DNA of 61,285 nucleotides from an uncultured Actinomycetes bacterium (GTDB lineage Bacteria; Actinomycetota; Thermoleophilia; UBA2241), in assembly GCA_963755025.1 (NCBI GenBank), contig CAVWIH010000039.1, forward strand, positions 1-61,285, in the 5' to 3' direction. The notes under the pieces were generated by a model, which was not told the origin of the DNA, searched no databases, and saw nothing but the letters and a program-made list of their open reading frames with translations. Positions 31,196-40,884 of the stretch are shown here, one piece after another (position 1 is the stretch's first letter; each line of letters begins with the position of its first letter). Made by a program: the position numbers and the translations under genes.

Positions 31196-32040
31196 AGCAG
31201 CGTGCCCCGCGCGTCGACGATCGGTCGGCGGTCGCGACAGTCTTCGAGGCCCCAGAGGTCGTGGTCGACGGCGAACAGCACGGGGTCGACCAGCATGCCG
31301 TGGAAGGGCGGCTCAGGCTCTTTGCGCGGAGCGGTCATCATCAGGCGCTCGAAGGCGCGCTCCATGAGGTCGGCCGGCAGTGAGCCGGCGAGCTCGGGGT
31401 AGACGAACCGGCAGAAGAGCAGGTGCCACAGCACGATCTCGTCGTCGCCGCCGACCAGGGCGATCACCCGCCGCCAGTCGACGTCGCCCTCGAGGGCGCG
31501 GACCAGGTGCGCGATGTCGCCGCCGTCGAAGCGGTCACGGGCGGCGGCGTAGACCTTGCTGGCGATCACCTCTTCGGGCCCGAGCAGGCGGGTCGTCACG
31601 CCCAGGAACCCGGCCGGGCGGCAGGTCTGGAACCAGGTGGCGCTCACCTGCAGGCGCCGGGCGTGGCGCACGGCGAACAGGATGTCGAGCAGGTGGCGGC
31701 CGCTGTGCGCCTTTGCCAGCCACAGGGGGTCGCGGACCTCCGTGGCGAAGCCGGCGACTCGCAGGGCGTCGAGCAGCGGCCGCAGGTGCCGCGGCTCAAC
31801 GAAGACGTCGAGGTCCTTGGTGTCGCGCCAGGCGCCGGTGAAGGCGTAGGTGACGTACGCGCCGCCCAGCGCGTAGGGCAGGCCGGTCGCCTGGAGCACC
31901 TCGAGCCAGCGCGCGAAGGTCTCCGCCTGCTCGTCGTCGATCGGCAACGGCCGCGTCACGTCGCGGTCGCGCCACGTGAAGCGCACCGTGCCGCGCGGCG
32001 CCGGCGCCCGGCGCGCTGCCCGAGGGTCTGCGGCCACCAT
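31192..32040 (-). CDS. Nucleotidyltransferase family protein (Pol-beta-like)
   Basis: YALGGAY..RDTKDLDVF (hG[GS]..DxD); RBS AAGGAG; ATGA overlap with the phosphoesterase. Confidence 0.8.
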   Translation of the reverse strand: MVAADPRAARRAPAPRGTVRFTWRDRDVTRPLPIDDEQAETFARWLEVLQATGLPYALGGAYVTYAFTGAWRDTKDLDVFVEPRHLRPLLDALRVAGFATEVRDPLWLAKAHSGRHLLDILFAVRHARRLQVSATWFQTCRPAGFLGVTTRLLGPEEVIASKVYAAARDRFDGGDIAHLVRALEGDVDWRRVIALVGGDDEIVLWHLLFCRFVYPELAGSLPADLMERAFERLMMTAPRKEPEPPFHGMLVDPVLFAVDHDLWGLEDCRDRRPIVDARGTLL

Positions 32041-32337
32041 CTCTCCTTGTCGTCGTGCGCTGCGCCCGGCGCCGGCAGGCGGCCGTGGGCGGCTCCGCAA
32101 AGGCGGGGCAGAGGGGACTTACCCCGCTCCCGGCCAAGCGCACCCCGCTGGCGCGGGCAACGGTTAGCGGCTCGCCTGCCACGGAATGCTGCCCGGGTGA
32201 AGCAGGATCTCTCGGGCAGGTGAGGCACGTGGCGCTCGCCGGGGCGGCGCGATTCGTCGTCGCGCTTTCACGGAGCGACGGCCGATCGCGCGCCGGTCAG
32301 GTACGCGGCGAACGCGCGACCCCCTCGAAGCATCGCC

Positions 32338-33693
32338 ATGACTAAGGCCATGGTGCGGCGCGGCGAGGCGGGCTACGAGGAGCGTCGCCGCCGGCTGGTC
32401 TGGAACGCCCGCCTGCCTGAGCGCTCTCCCGAAGTCATCGTACAGGCCGCCACGACCGACGAGGTCGTCGCCGCTGTCGGTTTGGCGCGCGAGCTGGGGC
32501 TGCGCCTCGCGCTGCGATCCGGGGGGCACAGCTGGTGCGCCGCGGCGCTGCGCGACGGCAGCCTGCTACTCGACCTGTCGACTCTGGATCACGTGCGCGT
32601 CGACCCCACGGCGCGGCGGCTGCGGGCCGGCCCTGGCCTGACGAGCGGCGAGCTCGCCGGCGCGCTGCGCGCCTACGGACTCGGCTTCCCGGGCGGCCAC
32701 TGCCGCGACGTGGGCCTGGGCGGCTACCTGCTGGCCGGCGGCCTGGGCTGGAACGCGGGGACCTGGGGCCCCGCCTGCCACAGCGTGACGGCCGTCGAGG
32801 TCGTGACCGCGCGCGGCGAGGTGCTGGTCGCCGACGACGAGCACCACGCCGACCTGCTGTGGGCGGCGCGCGGCGCGGGCCCCGGCTTCTTCGCTGTGGT
32901 CACCGCTTTTGAGGCGCGCGTCTACGACGCCCCGCTGGCCGTGACCAGCTCGTTCGCGTTCCCGCTCGGCGCGCTACCCGACGTAGCCGCCTGGGTCGAC
33001 AGGCTTGCGGCCGGACTCGACCGCCGCATCGAGCTCTCGCTGTTCCTGGGGGCGGCGCCGGCCGCGATCGACGCGCTCGGCATCGCCGTCGGCGAGCGCG
33101 TCGTGGTGGTGACCGCGGTGGCCTTCGGCGACGCGCGCGAGGAATGCCAGTCGCTGCTCGCACCGCTCGAAGACGGCGTCGGGCGGCGCGGCTTTCTGGA
33201 GAGCGAGTCGCGCCGCGAGACGCCCCAGCAGGCGCTGTACGAGGTCAGCGGTACGCGGTTGCCGGTGGGCCGCCAGTACGCGGTCGACTGCCTGTTCAGC
33301 GACGCGCCGCCGGGCGAGCTGCTCGAGGGGCTGGCGGCGGCCCTGCGGGCGTCGCCGAGCGCCGCGTCGTGGATGTTCGTCGGCATCGCGCCCTCGCAGC
33401 CGCCGCTTGTCTCCCCGGCGCCCTCGGCCTTCGCGGCGGCCGGCAGGCTCTACGTGGCGGTCTACGCCGTCTGGGACGAGGGGCGCGACGCGCAGCCCAA
33501 CCTGGGCTGGCTGCGCGACACCATGCGCGGCCTCGAGGGGTTCACGGCGGGGCGCTACGTGGGCGAGGCCGACCTCGTCGCCGACCCGGGCGCGGCCGCG
33601 CGGTCGTTCAGCCCCGCCGCCTGGCGGCGCCTCGCCGCCTTGCGCGAGACCTACGATCCCGAGCACCTGTTCTGCTCGTGGCCGGGCCTCTGA
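32338..33693 (+). CDS. FAD-binding oxidoreductase (BBE/VAO family)
   Basis: RSGGHSW, VGLGGYLLAGGLG, WAARGAG, YDP..LF C-terminus. Confidence 0.9.
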   Translation: MTKAMVRRGEAGYEERRRRLVWNARLPERSPEVIVQAATTDEVVAAVGLARELGLRLALRSGGHSWCAAALRDGSLLLDLSTLDHVRVDPTARRLRAGPGLTSGELAGALRAYGLGFPGGHCRDVGLGGYLLAGGLGWNAGTWGPACHSVTAVEVVTARGEVLVADDEHHADLLWAARGAGPGFFAVVTAFEARVYDAPLAVTSSFAFPLGALPDVAAWVDRLAAGLDRRIELSLFLGAAPAAIDALGIAVGERVVVVTAVAFGDAREECQSLLAPLEDGVGRRGFLESESRRETPQQALYEVSGTRLPVGRQYAVDCLFSDAPPGELLEGLAAALRASPSAASWMFVGIAPSQPPLVSPAPSAFAAAGRLYVAVYAVWDEGRDAQPNLGWLRDTMRGLEGFTAGRYVGEADLVADPGAAARSFSPAAWRRLAALRETYDPEHLFCSWPGL

Positions 33694-33726
33694 CCCCGGC
33701 CGGGGGTTCTGACCCTGCCGCGCTTT

Positions 33727-33746
33727 CCGACCCCGGCCGGGGTCGG
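33727..33746. repeat. Perfect 20-bp palindrome (partial copy at ~33693-33707)
   Basis: CCGACCCCGG-CCGGGGTCGG. Confidence 0.5.
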
Positions 33747-33872
33747 CGACTCGGCCATCGGAACGGTCTTTGCGGCGCGGGGATCGCGCCGCGCGGGAAT
33801 CTGCCCAAGAGGACGTGAACCAGCGAGCGGACCCAGGAGTGTCCGTCGCGTGGCCGGGGAGGCGAGACGATC

Positions 33873-34559
33873 GTGAGCGATCCCAAACGCGACAGGGGCC
33901 TGACGGCCGTCGACGTGCTGCTCGTGCCCGACGAAGCCGCTCAGGCTCGGGCGAAGGCCTTGAACGCGGCGCTGCGGCGCGGGGTTCCGGCGGGCTTCGC
34001 CTTCGACGAGACCCACCAGCCCCACGTCACCGTGCTGCAGCGCTTCGTGCGCAGTCAGGGCCTCGACGGCGCCCTCGACGCCGTGGCGCGCGCGATCGCC
34101 GCCTACGACCTGACGAGGCTGCGCCTGAGCGCCCGTGGCGTCGTCGGCGCCGAGCTCGGCACGCCGCCCGGGACGCTGCTCGCCAGTATCGACTTCGCCC
34201 CTGTGGGGGCTCTGCCGGTGCTCCAGGCGGACGTTCTCGTGGCGCTGCGGCCGTTCATCACCTGGGACGGCGACGCCGCCGCCTTCGTCGCGCTGCCCGG
34301 GGAGCCTCCGGTCGGCGACGCCACGGTGGCGTACGTCGAGCGGTTCGTGCCCGCTCACAGCGCCGAGCGCTACGCTCCGCACCTGACGTTCGGCGTGGGG
34401 AAGAGGGAGGCCGTCGAAGACCTCGAGGCCGGTCCGTTCGACACTTTCGAGGCGGCGGTGAGCGCCGTCGCGGTGTACCAGGTCGGCGACCTCGGGACGG
34501 CCCGCCGGCTGCTCAGGAGCTGGCCGCTCGACGCTGCGGCGCGCTCCAGCGCGGCCTGA
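33873..34559 (+). CDS. 2H phosphoesterase (2'-5' RNA ligase superfamily)
   Basis: Two HxT motifs, PHVT and PHLT. Confidence 0.7.
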   Translation: MSDPKRDRGLTAVDVLLVPDEAAQARAKALNAALRRGVPAGFAFDETHQPHVTVLQRFVRSQGLDGALDAVARAIAAYDLTRLRLSARGVVGAELGTPPGTLLASIDFAPVGALPVLQADVLVALRPFITWDGDAAAFVALPGEPPVGDATVAYVERFVPAHSAERYAPHLTFGVGKREAVEDLEAGPFDTFEAAVSAVAVYQVGDLGTARRLLRSWPLDAAARSSAA

Positions 34560-34675
34560 GGTCGAGACCGCACGCTTTCGTTGCTCCGGGCTCGACCGGC
34601 ACGGTCGGCGGGTCGGCCTGCGCGGCTGCGGGGAACCATCTCGTGAAGAGTGTCCTGTTGGCGAGAAACGGGGTG

Positions 34676-35539
34676 ATGGCGGTGAGTGCAGAGAACGGAG
34701 GCGTGCTCGTCATCGGCGGCGCGGAGAGCCTCGGCGCCGCCGCCGCGAGGCGGCTGCTCGAGGCCGGCCGGCCGGTGCGTGTGCTGCTCGACGACGCGAG
34801 CTCTGGGGCGTCGCGAGCGACCGCGCCTGCCGGCGCCGAGCTCGTGCACGGCAGCCTCGACGACCGCGTCGACCTCGACCACGCGCTGGCCGGCGTCGAG
34901 GCGCTCTTCGTCGTGCTCGACCAGACCGATGCCGGGCCGTCCGGCCGGCTGCGTCGCGGTAAGGCGATCGGCGACGCCGCCCGGCTGGCCGGGGTGCGCC
35001 ATATGGTCTACTCCGGCGGCACCGGCTCCGACCACCACCTCGTCGCCTGCGACCAGAGCCGGCAGATCGTCGAGTACCTGCGCACGCTCGGGCTCGACCT
35101 CACGGTGCTGCGACCGGTGACCATGATGGAGGAGATCCCCCTGTACTGGCTGAGCCTGATGGGCCGCGAGGCGACCCTGGCGACGCCCTACGAGCCCGGC
35201 GCACGGCTCGCCCTGGTGTGCAGCGACGACGTGGGGGGCATAGCGGCTCGCGCCATCGAGGCGCCCGCCGAGTTCGCCGGCAGATCGTTCGAGGTCGCCG
35301 GCGACAAGGCGAGCATGGCCGAGGTCGGCGAGATCCTCACCCTCGAGCTGCGCCGGCCTGTGCAGGTGGCCGAGGTCCAGGTCGAAGGCGTCTTCATGCG
35401 GCCCGAGCCCTACGAGCCCGAGGTCGACGTCGCGGCGCTGAAGCGTCTCTATCCGACGCTGCACACGCTGCGGTCGTGGCTCACGCTCGGCGGCGGCCTC
35501 GACCTCTGTCGCCGCGCGCTCGCCCTGCCGGCCGCTTAG
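34676..35539 (+). CDS. NmrA-like NAD(P)-binding protein
   Basis: VLVIGGAESLG atypical Rossmann, GSLDD, TVLRPV..ME, LALV..DDVG. Confidence 0.8.
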   Translation: MAVSAENGGVLVIGGAESLGAAAARRLLEAGRPVRVLLDDASSGASRATAPAGAELVHGSLDDRVDLDHALAGVEALFVVLDQTDAGPSGRLRRGKAIGDAARLAGVRHMVYSGGTGSDHHLVACDQSRQIVEYLRTLGLDLTVLRPVTMMEEIPLYWLSLMGREATLATPYEPGARLALVCSDDVGGIAARAIEAPAEFAGRSFEVAGDKASMAEVGEILTLELRRPVQVAEVQVEGVFMRPEPYEPEVDVAALKRLYPTLHTLRSWLTLGGGLDLCRRALALPAA

Positions 35540-35556
35540 AAGGCGCCCCGGGTCCG

Positions 35557-36765
35557 GTGTCGCGGCGCGGGTGGTCCGCCCTGCTCCTGGCCGCCGGCGC
35601 CGGCGGACTGGTCGCGGTGGCGGCGGCGCCGGGGCGGGCCGCCGCCACGGCCGCCCAGATCTGAGCGCCCTTCGTGCTCGTCACGGGGCTCCTGCTGATC
35701 GGCGCGACGGCCGACGCCGACGGCCTCTTCGCCGCCGGCGGTGACCGTCTGGCTCGTCTGCCGGGGCGGCCCATGACGCTCTTCGTCGCCGCGCTCGGCC
35801 TGGTGGCGGCGGTCACCGCCGTGCTCAACCTGGACACGGCGGTCGTGTTCGTCACGCCTGTGCTGCTGGTCGCCGCGGCGAGCCGCGGCATCGAGAGCGC
35901 TCCCTTTCTCTACGGCAGCGTGGCCATGTGCAACGCCGCCTCGTTGCTCCTGCCCGGCGCCAACCTGACCAACCTGCTGGTGCTCGGCTCGCGGCGGGTG
36001 TCGGGCGCCACCTTCGCCGTACGCATGGCGCCGGCCTCGGTCGCGGCGGTCGTCGTAACCGGCGTCGTGCTGGCCGTGTTCTTTCGTCGTGCGCTGCGCG
36101 GCGGCGCCAGGTCGCCCGGTGCGGGCGCCGCGCCCAGCGCGGGCGCCGGCGGCGTGGGGCCCGGCGCCGGCGCAGACGGCGGGCCACCCGGCTCGGGCGC
36201 CGCGCCCCTGGTGGTGGGTCCCGGCCTGGTCGCCACCGTGGCGGCGGCCGCGATCGTGCTCCTGACCCGGGACTCCGCGCTGTTCGTGCTGCCGCTCGGC
36301 ATCGCCGCGGTTGTCGTGTCGCGCCGCCTTGGGCGCCTGGAGACCGGGCGGCTGTGGGCGGCAGTCGACCTGCGCCCGCTGCTGCTGCTCTTTCTGGTCG
36401 CGCTCGCGCTGGGCACGCTCGCGCGGAGCTGGTCGGGCCCTGCGCGCCTGCTGGCCGGCACGACGTCGGGGGAGGCGGCCGCGCTGGCGGCCGCCGCCTC
36501 GGTCCTCGTGAACAACCTGCCGGCCGCGGCCTTGTTCTCGGCGCACGGTTCGATCGACGGGCGGGCGCTGCTCGTGGGGCTCGACGTGGGCCCCAACCTG
36601 GCGGTCAGCGGCGCCCTGTCGGCGTTGCTGTGGCTGCGCATCGCGCGCAACGCCGGCCAGCGCCCGTCGGTGAAGACCTACTCCCTGGTCGGGCTCGCCG
36701 CGGCGCCCCTGGCCATGGCCGCCGCCATCGTCTCGTTACGGATCTTCGGCTTGGGACCCCTGTAG
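35557..36765 (+). CDS. ArsB/NhaD (SLC13-like) permease with in-frame TGA at 35662
   Basis: LNLDTAVVFVTP, NAASLLLPGANLTNL, VNNLPA, GPNL..SGALS; the hydrophobic N-terminal segment is in frame upstream of the TGA. Confidence 0.75.
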
Positions 36766-36939
36766 AGGCCCTGCCGGCGTTGCCCGATCTGGCGCCGCCC
36801 GGCCGCGGCGCGGCCGCCTCGCGTTCAACGGGGCCGGGTTTGAAGAACGCGCCGCTCGCGACAGACTGAGGGAGCGGCCGAGACAGCAGGTCGACCCGTG
36901 GGGGGTCGCCGTCGGACCGTCGACGAGCGGGGGTGAGGT

Positions 36940-37296
36940 TTGGACGACACCTTGGAGTTCCGCGCGGTCCTGACACGGCCGACCGACGACGTCGCCGTCG
37001 TCACCTTCTCGGGCGAGCTCGGTTTTCACACAGCGTTCGAGCTGCGCGAGGCGCTCGCCCGCGTGATCGACGAGGGCGCCGGCTGTGTCGTCGCCGACCT
37101 CACGGCAGTCACCTTCATCGACTCGACCACGCTCGGCGTGCTGGTCGCCGGCGGCAAGGAGCTGCGGCTCCGCGGCGGCACGCTGCTGGTCGTGTGCGGC
37201 GACGACCGCACAGAGCGCATCCTCGAGATCGTCGGCCTGGCCGGCGTGTTCGCCGTGCACGCTACGCTCGACGACGCGCTGGGAGTGGGCGTCTAG
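36940..37296 (+). CDS. STAS-domain anti-sigma factor antagonist
   Basis: GEL..TA..LR, DLTAVTFIDSTTLGVL (phospho-Ser), ILEIVGL. Confidence 0.85.
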   Translation: MDDTLEFRAVLTRPTDDVAVVTFSGELGFHTAFELREALARVIDEGAGCVVADLTAVTFIDSTTLGVLVAGGKELRLRGGTLLVVCGDDRTERILEIVGLAGVFAVHATLDDALGVGV

Positions 37297-38690
37297 CGTC
37301 GCCCCGACGTTTGCCGGCCGCGTCCCGCGGCGGCCGCGTGCGCGACAAAGCCGAGCGCTGCGCGCGGCAGGCGTTGCGCGCCGGCGACGACCGCTTCGAG
37401 TGCGTCGGCGAACCAGTCGACGTCGCCCTCGTCGATCACCAGCGGCGGCAGGCCCTTCACCACGTTGATGGAGTGACCCGCGACCTGGCTCAGGATCTGG
37501 TGCTCGCGAAACAGCGGGCCGACCACGAACTGGCTGAACAGCCCCGCCTGGCGCGCCTCGAGGAACCGCCACAGGCGCGAGCCGGCTTTGGGCTCGCCGA
37601 ACTCGATCGCCCACAGCAGGCCCATGCCGCGCACCTCCCTGACGACGTCGAAGCGCTCCGCCAGAGCGCCCGTGCGCGCCAGCAGGCGCTCACCCAGCCG
37701 CGCGGCACGCTCGGGCAGCTTGCGCGCCTCGAGCTCGGCGAGCGTGGCGAGGCCGGCGGCCATGGCCATGTCGTTGGGCGCGAAGGTCGAGCCGTGCGAC
37801 GTGGCGTGCTCGAGCGTGTCGAAGACGGCTTCGTGTACCGACGCACGCAGCAGAACGGCGCCGACCGGCACGTAGCCGCCCGACAGCGACTTGGAGACGG
37901 TCAGCAGATCGGGCTCGAGCCCCCAGTGCTCGCTGGCGAAGAGCCGTCCGGTGCGTCCGAGCCCCGTCTGCACCTCGTCGACGCAGAACAGCGTGCCGTA
38001 GCGCCGGCAGAGGCGCTGCGCGCCGGGCAGGTAGTCGGGTTCGGGCAAGATGACTCCCTGGCCCTGGACCGGCTCGGTGAGGAACAGGGCCACGTCTTCG
38101 CTGGCAAGCTCGGCCTCGAGCGCCTCGAGGTCGTTGAAGGGCACCCACGATACGTCGGGCAGCAGCGGTCCGAAGCGGCGCCGCTGGGCGGCGCTGCCGT
38201 TCACCGACAGCGCGCCGAGGGTGAGACCGTGAAAGCCGTTCTCGACGGCTACCACGCGGGACCGCCCGGCGGCGGCGCGCGCCAGCTTGATCGCGCCCTC
38301 GATGGCCTCGGCGCCGCTGTTGACGAACACGACGCGGTCGGTCGAGGCGGGGGCGACGCGTACCAGCGCCTCGGCGAGCAGGCCGGGCAGGTCGGACAAG
38401 CCGAGCTGGGGGAGGCTGGGCGTCTGCAGGTCGAGCAGGTCGGCCAGGGCGGCGCGCACCGTGGGGTTGTTGCGGCCCACGTTGTATATGCCGAAGCCGC
38501 CGAGCCAGTCGAGGTATCTGACGCCCGCGTCGTCGTACAGGTAAGCGCCCTCGGCCCGCGCCCACGGACGGTCGAAGCCGAGGATCTTGAGGATCTGCAC
38601 GAAACGCGGGTTGGAGTACCGTGCGTAGAGGGCCATACCCTCGCCGGCTCTCGCCGACAGGAGCCGTTGAAGGCTGAACTCGTCGTCCAC
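37293..38690 (-). CDS. hpnO: Class III aminotransferase, HpnO-like
   Basis: YLDWLGGFG, NSGAEA, FHGLT, EPVQG, DEVQTGLGRTG, SKSLSGG, HGSTF; divergent from the hpn operon. Confidence 0.75.
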   Translation of the reverse strand: MDDEFSLQRLLSARAGEGMALYARYSNPRFVQILKILGFDRPWARAEGAYLYDDAGVRYLDWLGGFGIYNVGRNNPTVRAALADLLDLQTPSLPQLGLSDLPGLLAEALVRVAPASTDRVVFVNSGAEAIEGAIKLARAAAGRSRVVAVENGFHGLTLGALSVNGSAAQRRRFGPLLPDVSWVPFNDLEALEAELASEDVALFLTEPVQGQGVILPEPDYLPGAQRLCRRYGTLFCVDEVQTGLGRTGRLFASEHWGLEPDLLTVSKSLSGGYVPVGAVLLRASVHEAVFDTLEHATSHGSTFAPNDMAMAAGLATLAELEARKLPERAARLGERLLARTGALAERFDVVREVRGMGLLWAIEFGEPKAGSRLWRFLEARQAGLFSQFVVGPLFREHQILSQVAGHSINVVKGLPPLVIDEGDVDWFADALEAVVAGAQRLPRAALGFVAHAAAAGRGRQTSGRR

Positions 38691-38838
38691 GTGTCCCCCC
38701 GCTTCGCCTGCGAGTCTCGGCCGGGTGGCAGACCGGCGTCGAATGCTCGACGCCTGATTCTACTGCAGGTCGCACGAAGGCAAACCTGACCGCGGCGCGC
38801 CGGCGGGCGCGTCGCGGCGCTCCCGGCGAAGGCCGGCT

Positions 38839-38983
38839 GGTCGCTCGCGCCGCACACTGGCGACGGCCGCCCGGTCGCTCGCGCCGCACGCTGGCGACGG
38901 CCGCCCGGTCGCCCGCGCCGCACACTGGCGACGGCCGCCGGGTCGCCCGCGCCGCACACCCGGCAACGGTGAGCCGGTCGCCC
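38839..38983. repeat. 34-bp tandem repeat, 4 copies plus a partial
   Basis: GGTCGC(T/C)CGCGCCGCACACTGGCGACGGCCGCCC at 38839, 38873, 38907, 38941. Confidence 0.9.
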
Positions 38984-39136
38984 TCGACGCCCAGACTGAG
39001 GTAGCCTACGAACGGGCCGACGTGAACAGGAGCTGAACGTTTTGGGGTGTCATCGGGTACGTTGTTCGCATGCCGTCGGCGCGGCCTTGCGAGGTCTCGC
39101 CCCGGTACGGCCGACCCCGTTGGGCCGGGTCGCGCG

Positions 39137-40021
39137 GTGAGCGCGCTCTCGCCATCGCGCCCCGACGCACGCGCCGTGCTCGCCCAGGCCGGCTCCGAGA
39201 ATTTCCCGGTGGCCTCGCGCCTGTTCCCGCGCGCCCTGCGGCCCCATCTCATGAACATCTACGGCTTTGCCCGCATGGCCGACGACCTCGGCGACGAGGC
39301 GCCGGGCGACAGGCTGGCGCAACTCGACTGGCTCTCCGGCGAGCTCGACGAGCTGTTCGCTCGTCGCCCGGTGACTCACCCGCTGCTGGCGCGTCTGGCG
39401 ACCACCGTGCGCGCCTACGACCTGCCGCGCGACCCCTTCGACCGCTTGATCGACGCCAACCGCCGCGACCAGGTGGTCAAGCGCTACGCGACCTTCCAGC
39501 AGCTGCGCGTCTACTGCCACGCCTCGGCCGACCCGGTCGGCGAGCTCGTGCTGCGCCTCACCGGGCGCTGCGACGACGAGCTCCTGGCGCTCTCGTGCGC
39601 GACCTGCACCGCGCTGCAGCTCGTCGAGTTCCTGCAGGACCTGGGCGAGGACGCCGCCATGGGGCGCATCTACGTGCCGCTCGACGACCTCGCGCGCTTC
39701 GGGTACGGCGAGGCCGACCTGCTCGCCGGCGTGGCCGACGAGCGCTTTCGCGCCGTGATGTCGTTCGAGGCCGAGCGCGCCCAGGCGCTGTTCGAGCAGG
39801 GCCGGCCGTTGTCGCGCCGGCTGCCGGGTCGCGTGGGCCTTGCCGTGAGCCTCTTCACGGCCGGCGGCCTGGCCGCCCTTGCCGACTTGCGGCGGCGCGG
39901 CTTCGACACGCTGTCGAGCTCGGCGCACGTCCCCAGGCGACGCCTCGCGTGGGCGGCGGCGCGCGAGGTCGCGCGCGGCGCCGTGCGGCTGCCGGTGCGA
40001 CGGCGCGTGGAGGCGCCGTGA
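39137..40021 (+). CDS. hpnC: Hydroxysqualene synthase HpnC
   Basis: ENFPVAS, YGFARMADDLGDE, SADPVG, ALQL..FLQD. Confidence 0.85.
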   Translation: MSALSPSRPDARAVLAQAGSENFPVASRLFPRALRPHLMNIYGFARMADDLGDEAPGDRLAQLDWLSGELDELFARRPVTHPLLARLATTVRAYDLPRDPFDRLIDANRRDQVVKRYATFQQLRVYCHASADPVGELVLRLTGRCDDELLALSCATCTALQLVEFLQDLGEDAAMGRIYVPLDDLARFGYGEADLLAGVADERFRAVMSFEAERAQALFEQGRPLSRRLPGRVGLAVSLFTAGGLAALADLRRRGFDTLSSSAHVPRRRLAWAAAREVARGAVRLPVRRRVEAP

Positions 40022-40884
40022 CGGCCGTCCTGGCAGAGAGCACGGCGATCCGTTACTGCGAGACCGTCACGCGCACCGAGGCTCGCAACTTCTGGTACGG
40101 CATACGTCTGCTGCCGGCGACCAAACGCCGGCTGCTGGCCGCCGTCTACGCCATGGCCCGGCGCATCGACGACGTCGCCGACGGCGAGCTCCCGCCGCTC
40201 GACAAGCGCGCCGCGCTCGATGCCATCGCCGCTTCGCTCGAGACCGTGGAGTCGGGCTCCACAGACCCGGTGCTGGCCGCCCTGCACGAGGCCCTGGGAG
40301 TCTGCCCGCTGCCGCTGCCGGCGTTCCGCGACCTGATCGACGGGGTCTCCATGGACCTCGACGGCGTGGCGTACCACAGCTTCGACGACCTGGTGCCCTA
40401 CTGCCGGCGCGTGGCGGGCTCTATCGGGCGTCTGTCGCTCGCGGTGTTCCGCACCGGTGAGGGGCCGGTGACGGCCGAGCTCGACGCCCTCGCCGACGAC
40501 CTCGGCGTGGCGCTGCAGCTCACCAATATCCTGCGCGACGTGCGCGAAGACTACGGCAACGGCCGCGTCTACCTGCCGCTCGACGACCTCGCGCGCTGCG
40601 GCGTCGAGCCGCGCGAGCTCGGCGGCGGGCCGTCGCCGCAGGCGAGCGCCCTGGTGCGCCTCGAAGCGAGGCGCGCTCGAGAGTGGTTCGACCGCGGCCT
40701 CGCGCTCACCGCGAGCCTCGACCGTCGCAGCGCGGCCTGCGTCGGCGCCATGGCCGGCATCTATGCCCGGTTGCTCGTGCGTATCGAGCGCGAGCCGGAG
40801 CAGGTCTTTCGCGGTCGCCTGTCGCTGCCGCCCTACGAGAAGGTCTGGGTCGCGCTGCGCGCGCTCGTCGGAGCGACGCCGTGA
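40018..40884 (+). CDS. hpnD: Presqualene diphosphate synthase HpnD
   Basis: NFWYGIRLLP, RRIDDVADG, YCRRVAG, LQLTNILRDVRED. Confidence 0.85.
   Translation: MTAVLAESTAIRYCETVTRTEARNFWYGIRLLPATKRRLLAAVYAMARRIDDVADGELPPLDKRAALDAIAASLETVESGSTDPVLAALHEALGVCPLPLPAFRDLIDGVSMDLDGVAYHSFDDLVPYCRRVAGSIGRLSLAVFRTGEGPVTAELDALADDLGVALQLTNILRDVREDYGNGRVYLPLDDLARCGVEPRELGGGPSPQASALVRLEARRAREWFDRGLALTASLDRRSAACVGAMAGIYARLLVRIEREPEQVFRGRLSLPPYEKVWVALRALVGATP

Noticed and set aside
35662-35664. Selenocysteine or recoded TGA
   Set aside because: Membrane-helix context where Trp is expected, not a Cys redox site; other genes use TGA as a normal stop
38768-38840. c-di-GMP-I riboswitch (CGCACGAAGGCAAACC resembles the 5' end)
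   Set aside because: No GNRA-capped P2, no GACGCAAAGC segment and no recognisable P3
38839-38983. CRISPR array
   Set aside because: The 34-bp units are head-to-tail with no unique spacers, and there are no cas genes
39039-39060. SigB-type promoter for hpnC (GTTT..GGGTAC)
   Set aside because: Spacer of only 12 nt after GTTT, shorter than the consensus
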